From Anaeramoeba ignava BMAN (taxonomy: Eukaryota > Protista > Anaeramoebae), in assembly GCA_028826165.1 (NCBI GenBank), contig JAPDFW010000058.1:186001-250000 (forward strand): DNA of 64,000 bases. The letters run 5' to 3'. The translations under genes and the position numbers were made by a program. Within the stretch, counting starts at the first letter, position 1, and every line of letters starts with the position of its first letter. Below the pieces are notes generated by a model that was not told the origin of the DNA, did no database searches, and saw only the letters and a program-made list of their open reading frames with translations. Shown one piece after another: positions 1 through 13,812 of this stretch.

Positions 1-55
1 ATTTTTTGATTTTCAATCCACTTTTTTTATTTGAATTCAAAAAAAATCTAAAAAA

Positions 56-3000
56 TTATCTTCCAGTTTCTCTTTTTCTTGCTTTAGAAAGAAAATAAAC
101 AGATAAACCCCAATAAATCAAAATAAAAGTAACTATAAGAAGAGCATTTTGCCAAAAACTAACATCATAAAAACCTTTCAATTTAAGGAATTGTTCACCA
201 GTAGTAATAGGACAAACACCTTGAACTAATTCAGATTGAGTACAAGTAAATTTAAGTCCAGTAAATTCATTTTTGACAATAGAAGCAAAAGAATACTTGA
301 TTGGATCAATATATTGAAACCAAGAAAGAGCTTTAGTGATATTATTCAGATCAATCATGAATCCACAAAAAATAATCATTGGAAGAAGCATAGAAGGACC
401 AACTAAAAGTGCTATTTCAGGACTTCTTGTTCCAGTTGAAATCGTCATTCCAAAAGCACTTCCTGTGACTGATGAAAGAATACAAAACAAAATAAGAATA
501 AACCAATTTTTTGGATTTTTTTGTAATCCTGTTATTGGTGTGACTATAACTGCAAATATTGTTGGAACTAAAATTTCAAATGGTAGATCTGTTAAAACTT
601 TGGAAATGAAAAAACAAACTGTTGGATATGCTGAATCCATTGATTCTCGAAGAAAAACTGCTTTTTCTTTTGGTAAAACATATAATACTGAGACTACTGG
701 GACTGTCATTTGACTTAATACAATAAAGAAAAGTAATCCTGTTTTATCATTTATCCCACTTTGATTTTTTGATATTGCTGAGAAGATCCATGCAACAAGA
801 CAAGCAGAAATGGCTGGTTCAAGAAGTCTTTCGATAATATATCTTTTTTGATTTTTCAATCCATAAAATCCTCTTTTGGTTAATATTAATGTTTTCTTGA
901 ATGAATTTACTGGTTTCTCCAAATGAATATTCATTCTTTGTTTTGGAATTTTCATTGATAATGTTTTTTTCATTAAATTTGAATTATTATAATATTTAAC
1001 AAGTGATTTAATAAATTCTAATGTTCCAACTTCTCCTTTAATTATTTCATTTGAATCGTTTTGAATAAAATCAGAATTTATGATGTTATCAATATCAATT
1101 TCTTCAAATTCATCTGAAGTGTCTTGAATTTCTAAATCAACCTCGTATTTATTCATTTCAATTAAACCAATTCCATCTTTTTTATAAACTGATAATGATT
1201 TACTTAATTTATTAATTGTTTCTTCTTTTTTTAATTCTTCTTCTGAAAGTGAAACTAAATCAATTAACCAATCTGCAAGATTTGTATTTCTTGGTGGAAA
1301 AAAATTCATTTTTGCAAAATAATTCTCAATTTCATTAATAGGTCCAAAATAAACTAATTTTCCATGTGAAAGAAGAACTAAATAATCAAATAATTCAAAT
1401 ATTGATTGTCTTGGTTGATGAATTGTTGAAATAATTGTTCTTCCATCTTTGGTTAAATCTTTTAAAATTGTAGTACATAAATAAGCTGTTTGTGCATCTA
1501 ATCCTCTTTTTTTTTTGAAAAAGAAAAATTAAATATTTTGATTTTGATTTTGATTTTGATTTTAATTTTGATTTTGATTTTAATTTTGATTTTAATTTTG
1601 ATTTTGATTTTGATTTTAATTTTGATTTTAATTTTGATTTTAATTTTGATTTTAATTTTGATTTTGATTTTGATTTTGATTTTTAATTTTGATTTTGATT
1701 TTGATTTTAATTTTGGTTTTAATTTTGATTTTGATTTTGATTTTGATTTTGATTTTGATTTTGATTTTGATTTTAATTTTGATTTTGATTTTTAATTTTG
1801 ATTTTGATTTTGGTTTTAATTTTAATTTTAATTTTGATTTTGATTTTGATTTTGATTTTAATTTTGATTTTAATTTTGATTTTAATTTTGATTTTAATTT
1901 TGATTTTAATTTTGATTTTAATTTTAATTTTGATTTTAATTTTGATTTTGATTTTGATTTTGATTTTAATTTTAATTTTAATTTTGATTTTGATTTTAAT
2001 TTTGATTTTGATTTTGATTTTGATTTTAATTTTGATTTTGATTTTGATTTTGGTTTTAATTTTGGTTTTAATTTTGATTTTGATTTTGATTTTAATTTTG
2101 ATTTTAATTTTGATTTTGATTTTTAATTTTGATTTTGATTTTGATTTTAATTTTGATTTTGATTTTGATTTTAATTTTGATTTTGATTTTGATTTTGATT
2201 TTAATTTTAATTTTGATTTTGATTTTGATTTTGATTTTAATTTTGATTTTAATTTTGGTTTTAATTTTGATTTTGATTTTGATTTTGATTTTGATTTTGA
2301 TTTTGATTTTGATTTTGATTTTGATTTTAATTTTGATTTTGATTTTTAATTTTGATTTTGATTTTGAATTTGAATTTGATTTTGATTTTGATTTTAATTT
2401 TAATTTTAATTTTGATTTTGATTTTAATTTTGATTTTGATTTTGATTTTAATTTTGATTTTGATTTTAATTTTGATTTTGATTTTAATTTTGATTTTGAT
2501 TTTGATTTTAATTTTAAATTTACGAAGTTGGTTCATCAACAAGAATAACACTTGGATTTGTAACAAGTCCCATTCCAATATTAACTCTTTTCATTTCTCC
2601 TCCACTAATTCCACGTTTTATTTCTGATTCTGGTGATCCAACAATAGTATCAGCACAATGTTCAATTTGTAAACTTTTCAAAATATTTTCAACAATTTGA
2701 TTTTTTTCTTGTTTTTTAGTTGTTTTTGGAAGTCTTAAATCAGAAACAAATCTTAAAATTTGACGAGGAGTTAAATTAGTATTCATTGTATCTTGTTGAG
2801 TAACATATGAAAGAATTTTATTAATTCTATTTGAATGAGGTTCATTTCCAAATAAAATTGAACCTTCAGATTTTCCTAAAACTCTTCCAGCAATTGAATT
2901 TAAAAGAGTTGTTTTCCCTTTTGATTTTTTATTTATTAAATCCAAAATTTTAAATTTAAAAATAAAATTAAATTTAAAAATAAAATTAAAATTAAAATTA

Positions 3001-3255
3001 ATATTAAAATTAAAATTAAAATTAAAATTAAAATTAAATTAAAATTAAATTAAAAATTAAAATTAAAATTAAAATTAAAATTAAAATTAAAATTAAAATT
3101 AAATTACCAGCACCAGATGCACCAATTATTGCAACTAAAGAACCTGATGGAATTGATAAATTAATATGATCTAAAATTGTTTTATATCCTTTTTTTGTTT
3201 TAACACTAAATGAATAATCTTTAACGAATATTGGAATTTTGTTTATTTCACTCAT
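56..3255 (-). CDS. ABCG-family half transporter (NBD-TMD), copy 1; exons 3255-3108, 2917-2524, 1505-56 (~663 aa)
   Basis: Splicing at GT-AG sites rebuilds Walker A GASGA|GKTT and DEPTS|GLD. Signature ISGGEMKRV, H-loop STIHQP, C-terminal ABC2 membrane domain (FLRE, SWFQYIDPIKYSF, KNEF). Spliced length of 1992 nt is a multiple of 3. Confidence 0.93.
1506..2523 (-). repeat. 1018-nt intron almost entirely (TTTTGA/TTTTAA)n hexamer microsatellite
   Basis: Direct reading; bounded by GTAAAT and AAG on the minus strand. Source of the spurious IL/DF ORFs. Confidence 0.9.
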
Positions 3256-3369
3256 TTCTTTTTCTTTAATTTAAATTTAAATAATTTAAATTTTGTTAAA
3301 TGAAAAAAATGAAAAACCATTTCCAAAATTAAAATTTTAAAAAAAAACGGAAAAAAAATTGAATTAACA

Positions 3370-3670
3370 ATTTTATCTTTTTAAATTTAATCTTTTTAAA
3401 CTAATCTTTTTAAATTTATCTTTTTAAATTTATATTTTTAAATTTAATTTTTTGTTCCACTTTTGTTTATTTAAATTTAATTTTTAAATTTATCTTTTTA
3501 AATTTATCTTTTTAAATTTAATTTTTTTAAATTTATCTTTTTAAATTTATCTTTTTAAATTTATCTTTTTAAATTTAATTTTTTGTTCCACTTTTGTTTA
3601 TTTAAATTTATCTTTTAAATTTAATTTTTTAAATTTATCTTTTAAATTTATCTTTTTAAACTTGTTTATT
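3370..3670. repeat. Degenerate ~15-nt tandem repeat (TTTAAATTTATCTTT) between the ABCG copies
   Basis: Direct reading; includes a duplicated TTTTTGTTCCACTTTTGTTTATTTAAA block. Confidence 0.75.
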
Positions 3671-3744
3671 TAAAAGTAATTTAATCAAAAACCTAAAATT
3701 CGAAAGAAAAAATTAAAAAGGAAAAACGGAAGAAAAATAAAAAA

Positions 3745-6341
3745 TTATCTTCCAGCTTCTCTTTTTCTTGCTTTAGAAAGAAAATAAATAGATAAAATCC
3801 AAGAACCGAAAATAAAAGCAAGCATAACAAGAGCATTTTCCCAAAAACTAACATCATAATAATCTTTCAATTTAAGGAATTGTTCACCAGTAGTAACAGG
3901 ACAAATACCTTGAACTAATTCAGATTGAGTGCAAGTAAATTTAAGTCCAGTAAATTCGTTTTTGACAACAACAAGATAAGAATACTTGATTGGATCAATA
4001 TATTGAATCCAAGAAAGAGCTTTAGTGATATTATTCAGATCGATCATGAATCCACAAAACATAATCATTGGAACAAGCATAACTGGTGCAAGAGCAAGTG
4101 CTATTTCAGGAAGTCTTGTTGCAGCTGAAATCATGTATCCAAATGAGCTTCCTGTATTTGAGGAAAGAATGCAGAAAGCAACAAGTGTGAATAATTTTTT
4201 GGGTTCTGTTTGTAATCCTGCTATTGGTGAAATTATAACTGCAAATATTGTTGGAACTAAAATCCCAAATGGTAATTCTGTTAAGATTTTGGATAGAAAA
4301 AATGAAAATGTTGGATATGCTGAATCCATTGATTCTCGAAGAAAAACTGCTTTTTCTTTTGGTAAAACAAATAATACTGCGATTATTGTCATCATCATTT
4401 GACTCAAAATGATAAAAAATAAAATTCCCATTCTATCCATTAATCCACTTTGATTGTTAGAAATTCCTGTGAAAACCCATCCAACTAAACATGATAATAC
4501 TGCAGGTTGAAGAAGTCTTTGAATAACATATCTTTTTTGATTTCTTAATCCATAAAATCCTCTTTTGGTTAATATTAATGTTTTTTTGATTGAATTTGCT
4601 GTTTTTTCCAAATGAAGATTCATTTTTTCTTTTGGAATTTCCATTGATAATGTTTTTTTCATTAAGTCCGAATCATTATAATATTTAACAAGTGATTTAA
4701 TAAATTCTAGTGTTCCAACTTCTCCTTTAATTATTCCATTTGAATTGTTTTGAATAAAATTAGGATTTGCAATTTTAGGAATATCAACATCTTCAAAATC
4801 ATTTGGAATATCTTGAATTTCTAATTCATCTTTTTTATCTTTATCCACTTCATTTTTATCATCTTTTTCTTCATCTTTTTCTTCATCTTTTTTATCATCA
4901 TTTTTATCATGAATAATATCTAATTGAATTTCATCTTTTTGATAAACTGATAATGATTTACTTAATTTATTAATTGTTTCTTCTTTTTTTAATTCTCCTT
5001 CTGAAAGTGAAACTAAATCAATTATCCAATCTGCAAGATTTGTATTTCTTGGTGGATAAAAATCAATTGCTGAAAAATAATTTTCAATTTCATTAATAGG
5101 TCCAAAATAAACTAATTTTCCATGTGAAAGAAGAACTAAATAATCAAATAATTCAAATATTGATTGTCTTGGTTGATGAATTGTTGAAATAATTGTTCTT
5201 CCATCTTTGGTTAAATCTTTTAAAATTGTAGTACATAAATAAGCTGTTTGTGCATCTAATCCTCTTTTTTTTTGAAAAGAGAAATTAAATAAAATTTTGA
5301 TTTTAATTTTTAATTTTGATTTTGATTTTGATTTTGATTTTGAATTTGATTTTGATTTTGATTTTGATTTTGATTTTAATTTTGATTTTGATTTTAATTT
5401 GATTTTGATTTTGATTTTGATTTTGATTTTAATTTTGATTTTAATTTTAATTTTGATTTTGATTTTGATTTTGATTTTGATTTTAATTTTGATTTTGATT
5501 TTGATTTTGATTTTGATTTTGAATTTTGATTTTGATTTTGATTTTAATTTTGATTTTGATTTTGATTTTGATTTTTAATTTTGATTTTGATTTTAATTTT
5601 GATTTTGATTTTAATTTTGATTTTGATTTTTGATTTTGATTTTGATTTTAATTTTAATTTTAATTTTGATTTTGATTTTGATTTTAATTTTAATTTTGAT
5701 TTTAAATTTACGAAGTTGGTTCATCAACAAGAATAACACTTGGATTTGTAACAAGTCCCATTCCAATATTAACTCTTTTCATTTCTCCTCCACTAATTCC
5801 TCGTTTTATTCCTGATTCTGGTGATCCAACAATAGTATCAGCACAATGTTCAATTTGTAAACTTTTCAAAATATTTTCAACAATTTGATTTTTCTCTTGT
5901 TTCTTAATTGTTTTTGGAAGTCTTAAATCAGCAACAAATCTTAAAATTTGACGAGGAGTTAAATTAGTATGCATTGTATCTTGTTGAGTAACATATGAAA
6001 GAATTTTATTAATTCTATCTGAATGAGGTTCATTTCCAAATAAAATTGAACCTTCAGATTTTCCTGAAACTCTTCCAGCAATTGAATTTAAAAGAGTTGT
6101 TTTCCCTTTTGATTTTTTATTTATTAAATCCAAAATCGAAAATTTTAAATTAAAATTAAAATAAAAAATAAATTTAAATTAAAATTAAATTACCAGCACC
6201 AGATGCACCAATTATTGCAACTAAAGAACCTGATGGAATTGATAAATTAATATGATCTAAAATTGTTTTATATCCTTTCTTTGTTTTAACATTAAATGAA
6301 AAATCTCTAACGAATATTGGAATTTTGGTTATTTCACTCAT
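3745..6341 (-). CDS. ABCG-family half transporter, copy 2; exons 6341-6194, 6105-5712, 5263-3745 (~686 aa)
   Basis: Same exon 1 and 2 lengths (148, 394 nt) and intron phases as copy 1, with the same motifs. Spliced length of 2061 nt is in frame. Confidence 0.93.
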
Positions 6342-6839
6342 TTCTTTTTCTTTAATTTAAATTTGGTTTTGTTTTGTTTTTGCTATTAAAAAATAAAAAA
6401 TAAAAAATAAAAAATAAAAAATGAAATGATAAAAAAAATTTTTTTTAGATCCTCTTAAAAAAATCCAAATTACAACGTGTCACTTATTTTTATTTTTTGT
6501 TTTTTTTGTTTTTTTTGTTTTTTTGTTTTTTAAAAGAAAAAATTAAATTTATTTCCAAAATTTCAAATAGAAATAAAATTAGAAATAAATAAAAAAAGAT
6601 CAAAAAAAAATCAACACGTAACCAATTTTTGTTTATTTATTTTGTTTATTTATTTTGATTATTTATTTAATTAAAAAAAGAATTGCCACGTTATTAAGAA
6701 AAAAATTTAAATCAAATTTGCTTTTTTCTTATTTTTTTTATTTAATTTTTTTATTTTTGTTTTTTGAAAAAGAAAGAACAAGAAAACAACCAAAAGTTCG
6801 AATTAAGTTTTGGATTTGTTTTAAATTGAATTTAATTTT

Positions 6840-7225
6840 GTTTTAAATTGATTTAAATTGAATTGAATTGAATTTTGAATTGAATTTTAAATTGAATTAA
6901 ATTAAATTTTGTTTTAAATTAAATTTTGTTTTAAATTGAATTAAAATTTTAAATTGAATTAAATTGAAATTGAATTAAATTAAAATTGAAATTAAAATTG
7001 AATTAAATTGAATTAAATTTTGAATTGGAATTGAATTTTGAATTGAATTGAATTAAATTGAATTGAATTAAATTGAAATTGAATTAAATTTTAAATTGAA
7101 TTAAATTGAATTTTAAATTGAATTTTAAATTGAATTTTAAATTGGAATTAAAATTAAAATTGGAATTAAAATTAAAATTGGAATTAAAATTGAAATTAAA
7201 ATTGGAATTAAATTTTTGATTTGAA
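6840..7225. repeat. Low-complexity (AATTG/AATTAA)n satellite in intergenic spacer
   Basis: Direct reading. Confidence 0.7.
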
Positions 7226-10200
7226 TTAAATTTTGGTAAATTCTCTTCGAATAGGTTCTCCAATTTTTTCAATCATTGGTTCTAATTTGGTTTTTAATTC
7301 TTTATCATTTTCTTCCAAATATTCAAAAAGTCTGTCTTTATTAAAAGAGATGTATCTATGAATAATTGCAAGTGAACTTAAAACAACATTTTGAGGATAT
7401 TTAATTTGTTTCAATTCATCATCATCTTCTCGATTAATAGGTGAAGCAAGAAGGTCAAAAAACTAAATAAAAATTATAAAATAAAATTATAATTAAAATA
7501 AAATCATGTAAATGAAAAAAAATTAAAATAAAATTAAAATAAAATTAAAATAAAATTAAAATAAAATCATGTAAATGAAAAAAAATATAATTATAAAATA
7601 ATTTCCTTACATCATATGCTTTTTGTTTGTTTGTACTAATAAAAACTGCAAGATCTTCAAATTCAGCTTCTCTAAAATTAGTCCCATTAGCTACATTCTG
7701 AAGAGTTTTTGCAACAAGAATTAAATGTCTTCTTGCATTATCAGATGGTTTTTTTCTCACAAGTCCATATGATTCAGGTGCAGTAACAGCAGGACAAACA
7801 AATCGAAGGAAAAAGAAAGATCCAACTGAAATGTCTTTTGATTCTGGAAACTTCTCAGTTACACCTTTCTGGAGTAATCGACTAATCTCTCTAAATTCAA
7901 TAGGAACAAACTTCAATGACTTGGATATTCGATAAAGAACTTTTTGAGCTGAAAGAAGTAATCTCCATCTGTTGACATCAACTGAATTGATTTCTCTATC
8001 AGTTGAATCATCACTATCTTCAGGATTATTATTATTGTTGTTGTTTGATTGTAGCAACTTGACTTCACTTACTTCAACTGGATTTGTCAATTCTTCACAA
8101 ATTTGATAAATTTCAATTCCAATTGTTTTGTAAAGATAAGGAAGTCCATAAAGTCTAGAGTAAATTGCGAGAAGTTTACTTGCAAAGCTATTACTTCTGA
8201 AAAGTGTTCCTGGATCTTTTATCAAGGCAACTTCTTGAACAATTCTCTCTTTGATAAGTTCAAGTGCCAAGTTTTGTGATTCACTTTCAAGAAGATAAAT
8301 CAATGCTCGACAAAGAGAATCAGCATCAGCTGGACGAATCACACTGAATAAGGCTTTTATGACTTTTTTCTCAGGATGAATAATCAATTTGCGAAGTTCT
8401 TCCATTTCGGAAATTTGTTTTTTTTGTTTTTTTGAGAATTCAGCATCGTAAATATCTCCAAACATATAAGGAGTGAAATCAGGAGGAGGAGGAAGTTTCA
8501 CTTTGAATTTTCTTTTCCTATAAACAACAATAAGAATAACAACAATTCCAACAGTTCCAAGAGAAACTCCTAATCCAACTCCCAATGCAACTTTATTACT
8601 TGATGTTGTCTTGATTGTTTTCGATTCACTCCAAGGACCTGTTCCAATATCATTCATAGCACAAATTTTGATTGTGTATTCTGTTGAAGCTGAAAGATCA
8701 CCAAGTGTCATGTCTGTGGTAAAAGATAATTCTTGACCTGAATCTTTGCTTGATTGCTTGTCTACGATGTAGTATGTGATTGGTGATCCATATGGATTTG
8801 CTGCATCCCATTGGATTGTTAATGTAGTATCGCTTGTTGATTTCTCTTTCAATCCTGTTACTTGTGATGGGATTGATGTTGATGTTTTGAAAGTTTCTGG
8901 ATTGCTGAAGTTACTTTGATACTCACCAATTTGTGATTGGATTTGAATTGTTTGATCTGTATATGGCACTAAGTTATCAATTCTTTTACTTGGTGACATG
9001 ATTCCTGAAAAAGAAATGGTTTCATTCAAAAGAAGTGTGTAGATAACTTCTCCTGTGTCTTCTGGCTCCCATGCAATATTGAGTGATGTGTTTGTTATTT
9101 CTCCTGCCCAAATGTTGCTGATTATTTTTGGATTTGGTGAATCTGTTGCTAAAGAAATTGAAACAGAATTTCCATAACCTATTTCATTGTGTGGTTCAAC
9201 ATAAACATTATATTCAGTTGAGTATAAAAGATCTGTAATTGTAAAAGAAGTTGTGCTTGTCATGTTTGTGGAAGTATCTTGTAGATGAAGATTTGTGATT
9301 TCTTGATTTCTTTCATTTTTTGTTTTTAAATTTTTTAAAATGTCTTGTTTTTGGATTTTTTGGATTTTTGATGATGTTGATGATGTTGTGTTATTCCAAG
9401 AAATTCTATAATAATCAATTTCTGCTCCTCCATTTGATTCAGGTTCAAGCCATTCAATAGTCAATTCATTTCGATTTGGTGTTCCTGTTAAATTAACAAC
9501 TTCTGTTGGAAGTATTGAAGGTAATGTTTCAACTCCAACTTCTATTCCCCAATCAGAACTTGAGCCGATATTATTATAAGCCTTCATACTTACATAATAA
9601 TAACCTGAAAGCAATCCAGTAACATTAAATGTTGTATCATTGTTTGAAGTATTAACATAACCTATTGCTCCTGTTTCGTTATAGATGTATTTAATCATAT
9701 AAACAATAATAGGAGAACCTCCTGTATCAGGTTGTTCCCATTCAAGTTCAAATTCAGTTGGTGAATCTGAAGTCGCATTCAAAACTTCAACATTTGCTGG
9801 TGCTTGTGGACTTAATGTGTATGTACTAATTTGTGATGTTTCTGATTCTCCTACAGAATTATCTGACCAAACAGTAATAACATATGTTCCCGAAAATAAT
9901 CCATCACATACAAATGTAACTCTATCATCATTATCTGGAGCTGGAAAAGTGTAATTGTATATCATATTTCCATAACCATTTTGAGCTTCTAAATTGTAAT
10001 TATCTATAAGGTCATATAATTTTTCTGCTGAGATATAATAGTTCAAAAGAGGTGCGCCATTGGGTAAAGGAGGAAGCCAACCTATTGTGATACTTGATGG
10101 AGAATAATCATCTCTTTTAAGTGAAAAAACTTGAGATGGAACTTGTGCTGTAGCTTCAGTTATACAAAGTGTTGTTGCAACTTCTCCAAGTCCAACTTCA

Positions 10201-13200
10201 TTTTGAGCTGTCACGTTAACGGTATAATTTGAGACAAAAACATTATTAAATGTGTATTCAGTGTAATTTCCAATTGATACTGAATCATTTATTGTATATG
10301 ATTCTGATTCATAATAAATTGAATATCCTGTAATTCTGCTTCCTCCATCATCTAAAGGTGGTTGCCAAGTCACATATAATTCAGAAAGCATTGATGAGCC
10401 TTGTGTTGCTGTGAGTGACTGAACTTGAAGTGGTGTTGTTGCATTCAGTGTTTGAACATCTAACAAATCACTTCTCAATCCTGTTCCATATATGTTTTTA
10501 GCTGCGATTTGAATGGAATATGCTCCAGATAAAAGACCATGCATCCAATAAGTTGTTGAATCATTATTTGGTGTGATAGAATAATTTTGTGAATCAAATT
10601 GATAATAAATGATATAAGTTTGAATCGGATCTCCATTTGGATCTGCAGCATCCCAAGTCAAATCAAAATTGGATGATGCTATACTACTTGCAACAACATT
10701 CATTACTTGTCCAGGAACACCTGTTTTTGTTGTTGAAGCATTAATTTCGTTGCTGTAATTTGAATATCCAATGGAATTATTTGATCTGACTTTAATCAAA
10801 TAACTATCAGTTGCAACAGATAAATTGTATTGAGTAACATAACTAGTTTCGTTATAATATTGAGAATCGTTAACTTGTCTGTATGAGATTTCATAAGCAA
10901 TAATTGGTCTTCCTCCATCTGATTCTGGTTCTGACCACATCAAATTAATCCAAGTTGAATCTCCACTTTGTTTATAAAGATCTGTTATTGGAAAAGGAAC
11001 TTGAGCTGGTTGAGTACTCAATGTGAAATTTTGTGATACTTCTGCTGATCCTTGACTGTTTTTTGCTGATATTCTGATATCATATGTTCCACTCTCAAGA
11101 TTTGTTATATTAATTGAAGTTGTTGTTGTTATCAAAGTTGTCCAATTAGTGCATCCTTCTTCACAAACATAAACAGTGTAATAATTAATCAAAGCTCCAT
11201 TACTCGAAGGTTCTTCCCATTCAATATTCAATGATGTGGATGTATTTTCAGTTACATTTACACTTGTGATTACTCCAGGTGGTTCTGCTGATAAAGTTTC
11301 CATTGTTTTCCAAGTATAAGAATTATAATAACCATTGTATGCTCTAATACTCACATTATAAGATCCTGAGAGTAGATTACTAGCATTGGCTTGAAAAGTG
11401 GAATTGCTCACATTGAATTCTTGTGTGACTAATCCAACTATTTTGATGTTATATAATGATATTAATTGTCCTCCATTTGATAATGGTTCAGTCCAATTAA
11501 AAAGAATACTATCACAAGTTGATCCATTTTTTTCTAAGTTGAGAACTGGTGATGGAAAAGTGGCTTGAGATGTAAAGATTAGAAGTGGTGAAGAATATGA
11601 ACTTGTGTTGTTTTCTGTGATACTTCTACCAATTACATAATAATCTCCTGAAAGAAGACCTGTTGCTAAATAACTTGTTGAATTTCCTGTTACATTCACT
11701 GATGAGTTTTGTGAATCATTTCTCCAATAAATGATTTCATATTCAATAATTTCTGCTCCTCCATCATAAGGATATATCCAATAAATTCCCCATGTTGTTG
11801 GTGTTTTTTGACTGGAATTTATCGAAAAATATGGAGGATCTGGTGCAACTGGTGGGAGTGTTTCTAGTAAGATTTCGGTTATTACTCCTGAACCTTGATT
11901 GTTTATTCCTTGTATTCTTATCTTATATGTTCCTGATTTTATTCCATTAACTGTAAAAGTTGTTTGATTTCCTAATAGTGTTGTTGTTATCCAATTATCT
12001 GTTCCATTTACTGCATAAGAGAAGTTATATGAATTAACTTCAAATTGAGAAGGAGGTAGCCATGTAATTGTGAAATTAGTTGGACCAATGTATGAGGATT
12101 GAAAATTGTTTACTTGAGGAGGAGTACATTGATAACTTCCTTTAATATTTAATTTAATATTTATTTTAATATTTAATTTAATATTTTATTATTAATTTAA
12201 TATTTATTTTATTATTAATTTATTATTTATTTTAATATTTATTTTAATATTTAATTTAATATTTATTTGAATATTTAATTTAATATTTTATTGAATATTT
12301 ATTTGAATATTTATTTTATTATTATTTGAATATTTATTTGAATATTTATTTTAATATTTATTTTATTATTAATTTAATTTACCAGAACTAGAAGTTGTAT
12401 TAATAGGACAATCAATACATTCAGTTGATGAATAATAAGGAGTATAAGTATTAGGAGAACAAGAATAACAACTTTGAAGATTTGTAATATTACTAAAAGT
12501 ACCAGGAACACAAGAAGGACAAGAAATATCACTAAGAGAAGGTTTATAAGATCCAGGTAGACAAATACAAGTTCCAGAAGGATAACAAGTACCACCACCT
12601 TCACAATCTGTACAATTTCCAAGATAACCTTGTGAATAATTACAAGCTAATCCTGATCCTCCAGTTGAAAAAATTTTGTAAGCATTATAAATATTTTCTG
12701 ATCCATTTCCAGCTGAATTAGAAACTATTCTTGCATTTGTAAATGTTATAATTGCTTGTGTTGATGCTGTACTTGGTAAATCACAATAAAATCCTCCTCC
12801 TTCATAATTAGCTATATTATCAGAAACGTTACTTGATTGAATTGTTGTATAACATCCTGAGTTGTAAATTGCTCCTCCATGTCCTCCACTATTATTTTGA
12901 AATAAACAATTTTTAATAGTTGGTGTCATTTGTCCATAACAAGTTAATTGTATTGCTCCAGCTATTTATTTTATAATTTTAAATTATAATTTTGATTTTT
13001 AATTTTGATTTTGATTTTGATTTTAATTATAATTTTAATTTTAATTTTGAATTTTGATTATAATTTTAATTTTAATTTTGATTTTGATTTTGATTTTAAT
13101 TTTGATTTTAATTTTAATTTTGATTTTAATTTTAATTTTAATTTTAATTTAGATTTTGATTTAAATTTTGAAAAAAAATACCAAGAGAATTATCATGACA

Positions 13201-13563
13201 ATTTCTAAAAGTAAAACCATCAACAAGAAAAGTATTAGTTTTTTTTGGAGTGATAGTTAAACAAACAAGAGAATTTCCACCATCAATAATAGTATCTTGA
13301 TAACTTGAAGTTGAATACAAACGGAAACTATCTCTTTGAACTTGAAGAGTTTGACTAAGATAATAAACACCAGGAGCAACATAAATAGTAGGATTTTTAT
13401 CTGATTCAGCTAAAGCTCTTTCTATTGTTCTGCAAGGCTGATCTTGATGAGAACAATCATTTTTATGGTCATGTCCGTTAACTGCATCTGCATATGTTGT
13501 TGATGTTTTAACAATATCACTTAAAATTAATAAGAAAATTACGATCGAATATTTTAATCTCAT
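7226..13563 (-). CDS. Type I membrane receptor-like protein: signal peptide, right-handed beta-helix-like region, Cys-rich region, ~12 fibronectin type III repeats, TM helix, cytoplasmic RasGAP domain; exons 13563-13182, 12961-12383, 12139-7611, 7462-7226 (~1908 aa)
   Basis: N-terminal MRLKYSIVIFLLILS; FxNN/GGAI motifs; CxxCxxGTFS...C-x2-C repeats; FN3 motifs (W..P..NGG.I..Y, Y.I.V.A.N..G); TM VALGVGLGVSLGTVGIVVILIVVY-RKRK; RasGAP arginine finger TLFRSNS, FFFLRFVCPAVTAP and AKTLQNVAN. All splice junctions keep the frame. Confidence 0.88.
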
Positions 13564-13812
13564 TTGCCAGTTTTTTTAAATTAATTTTAAATTAAGTTGC
13601 TTTTTTTTTTAATTAAAAGAAAAAAAGAAGTAAACAAAATGAAAAGTAAAGTAAACAAAAAAGAATTAAGAAAATAAAACGAAAAAGAAAAAAAAACAAA
13701 AAGATGGTAAAAAAAACGAAAAAAAAGAAGAAAAATGAAAAATAAAAAATGAATTCTTTTTTTTCTTTTTATTTTGATCAATAAAATAAAAACTAAAATT
13801 AAAAAATTTAAA

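Noticed and set aside
336-713. Conserved antisense ORF duplicated at 4025-4402
   Set aside because: A shadow of the duplicated ABCG membrane domain on the opposite strand.
1538-2627. Poly-IL / DF / KI / NF ORFs (also at 5297-5815, 17402-18066, 29870-30242, 38198-38621, 41305-41598, 43504-43875, 44429-45956, 51441-52337, 58213-58527)
   Set aside because: These are stop-free frames of hexamer microsatellites in introns or spacers, or antisense/alternate frames of NQ tracts.
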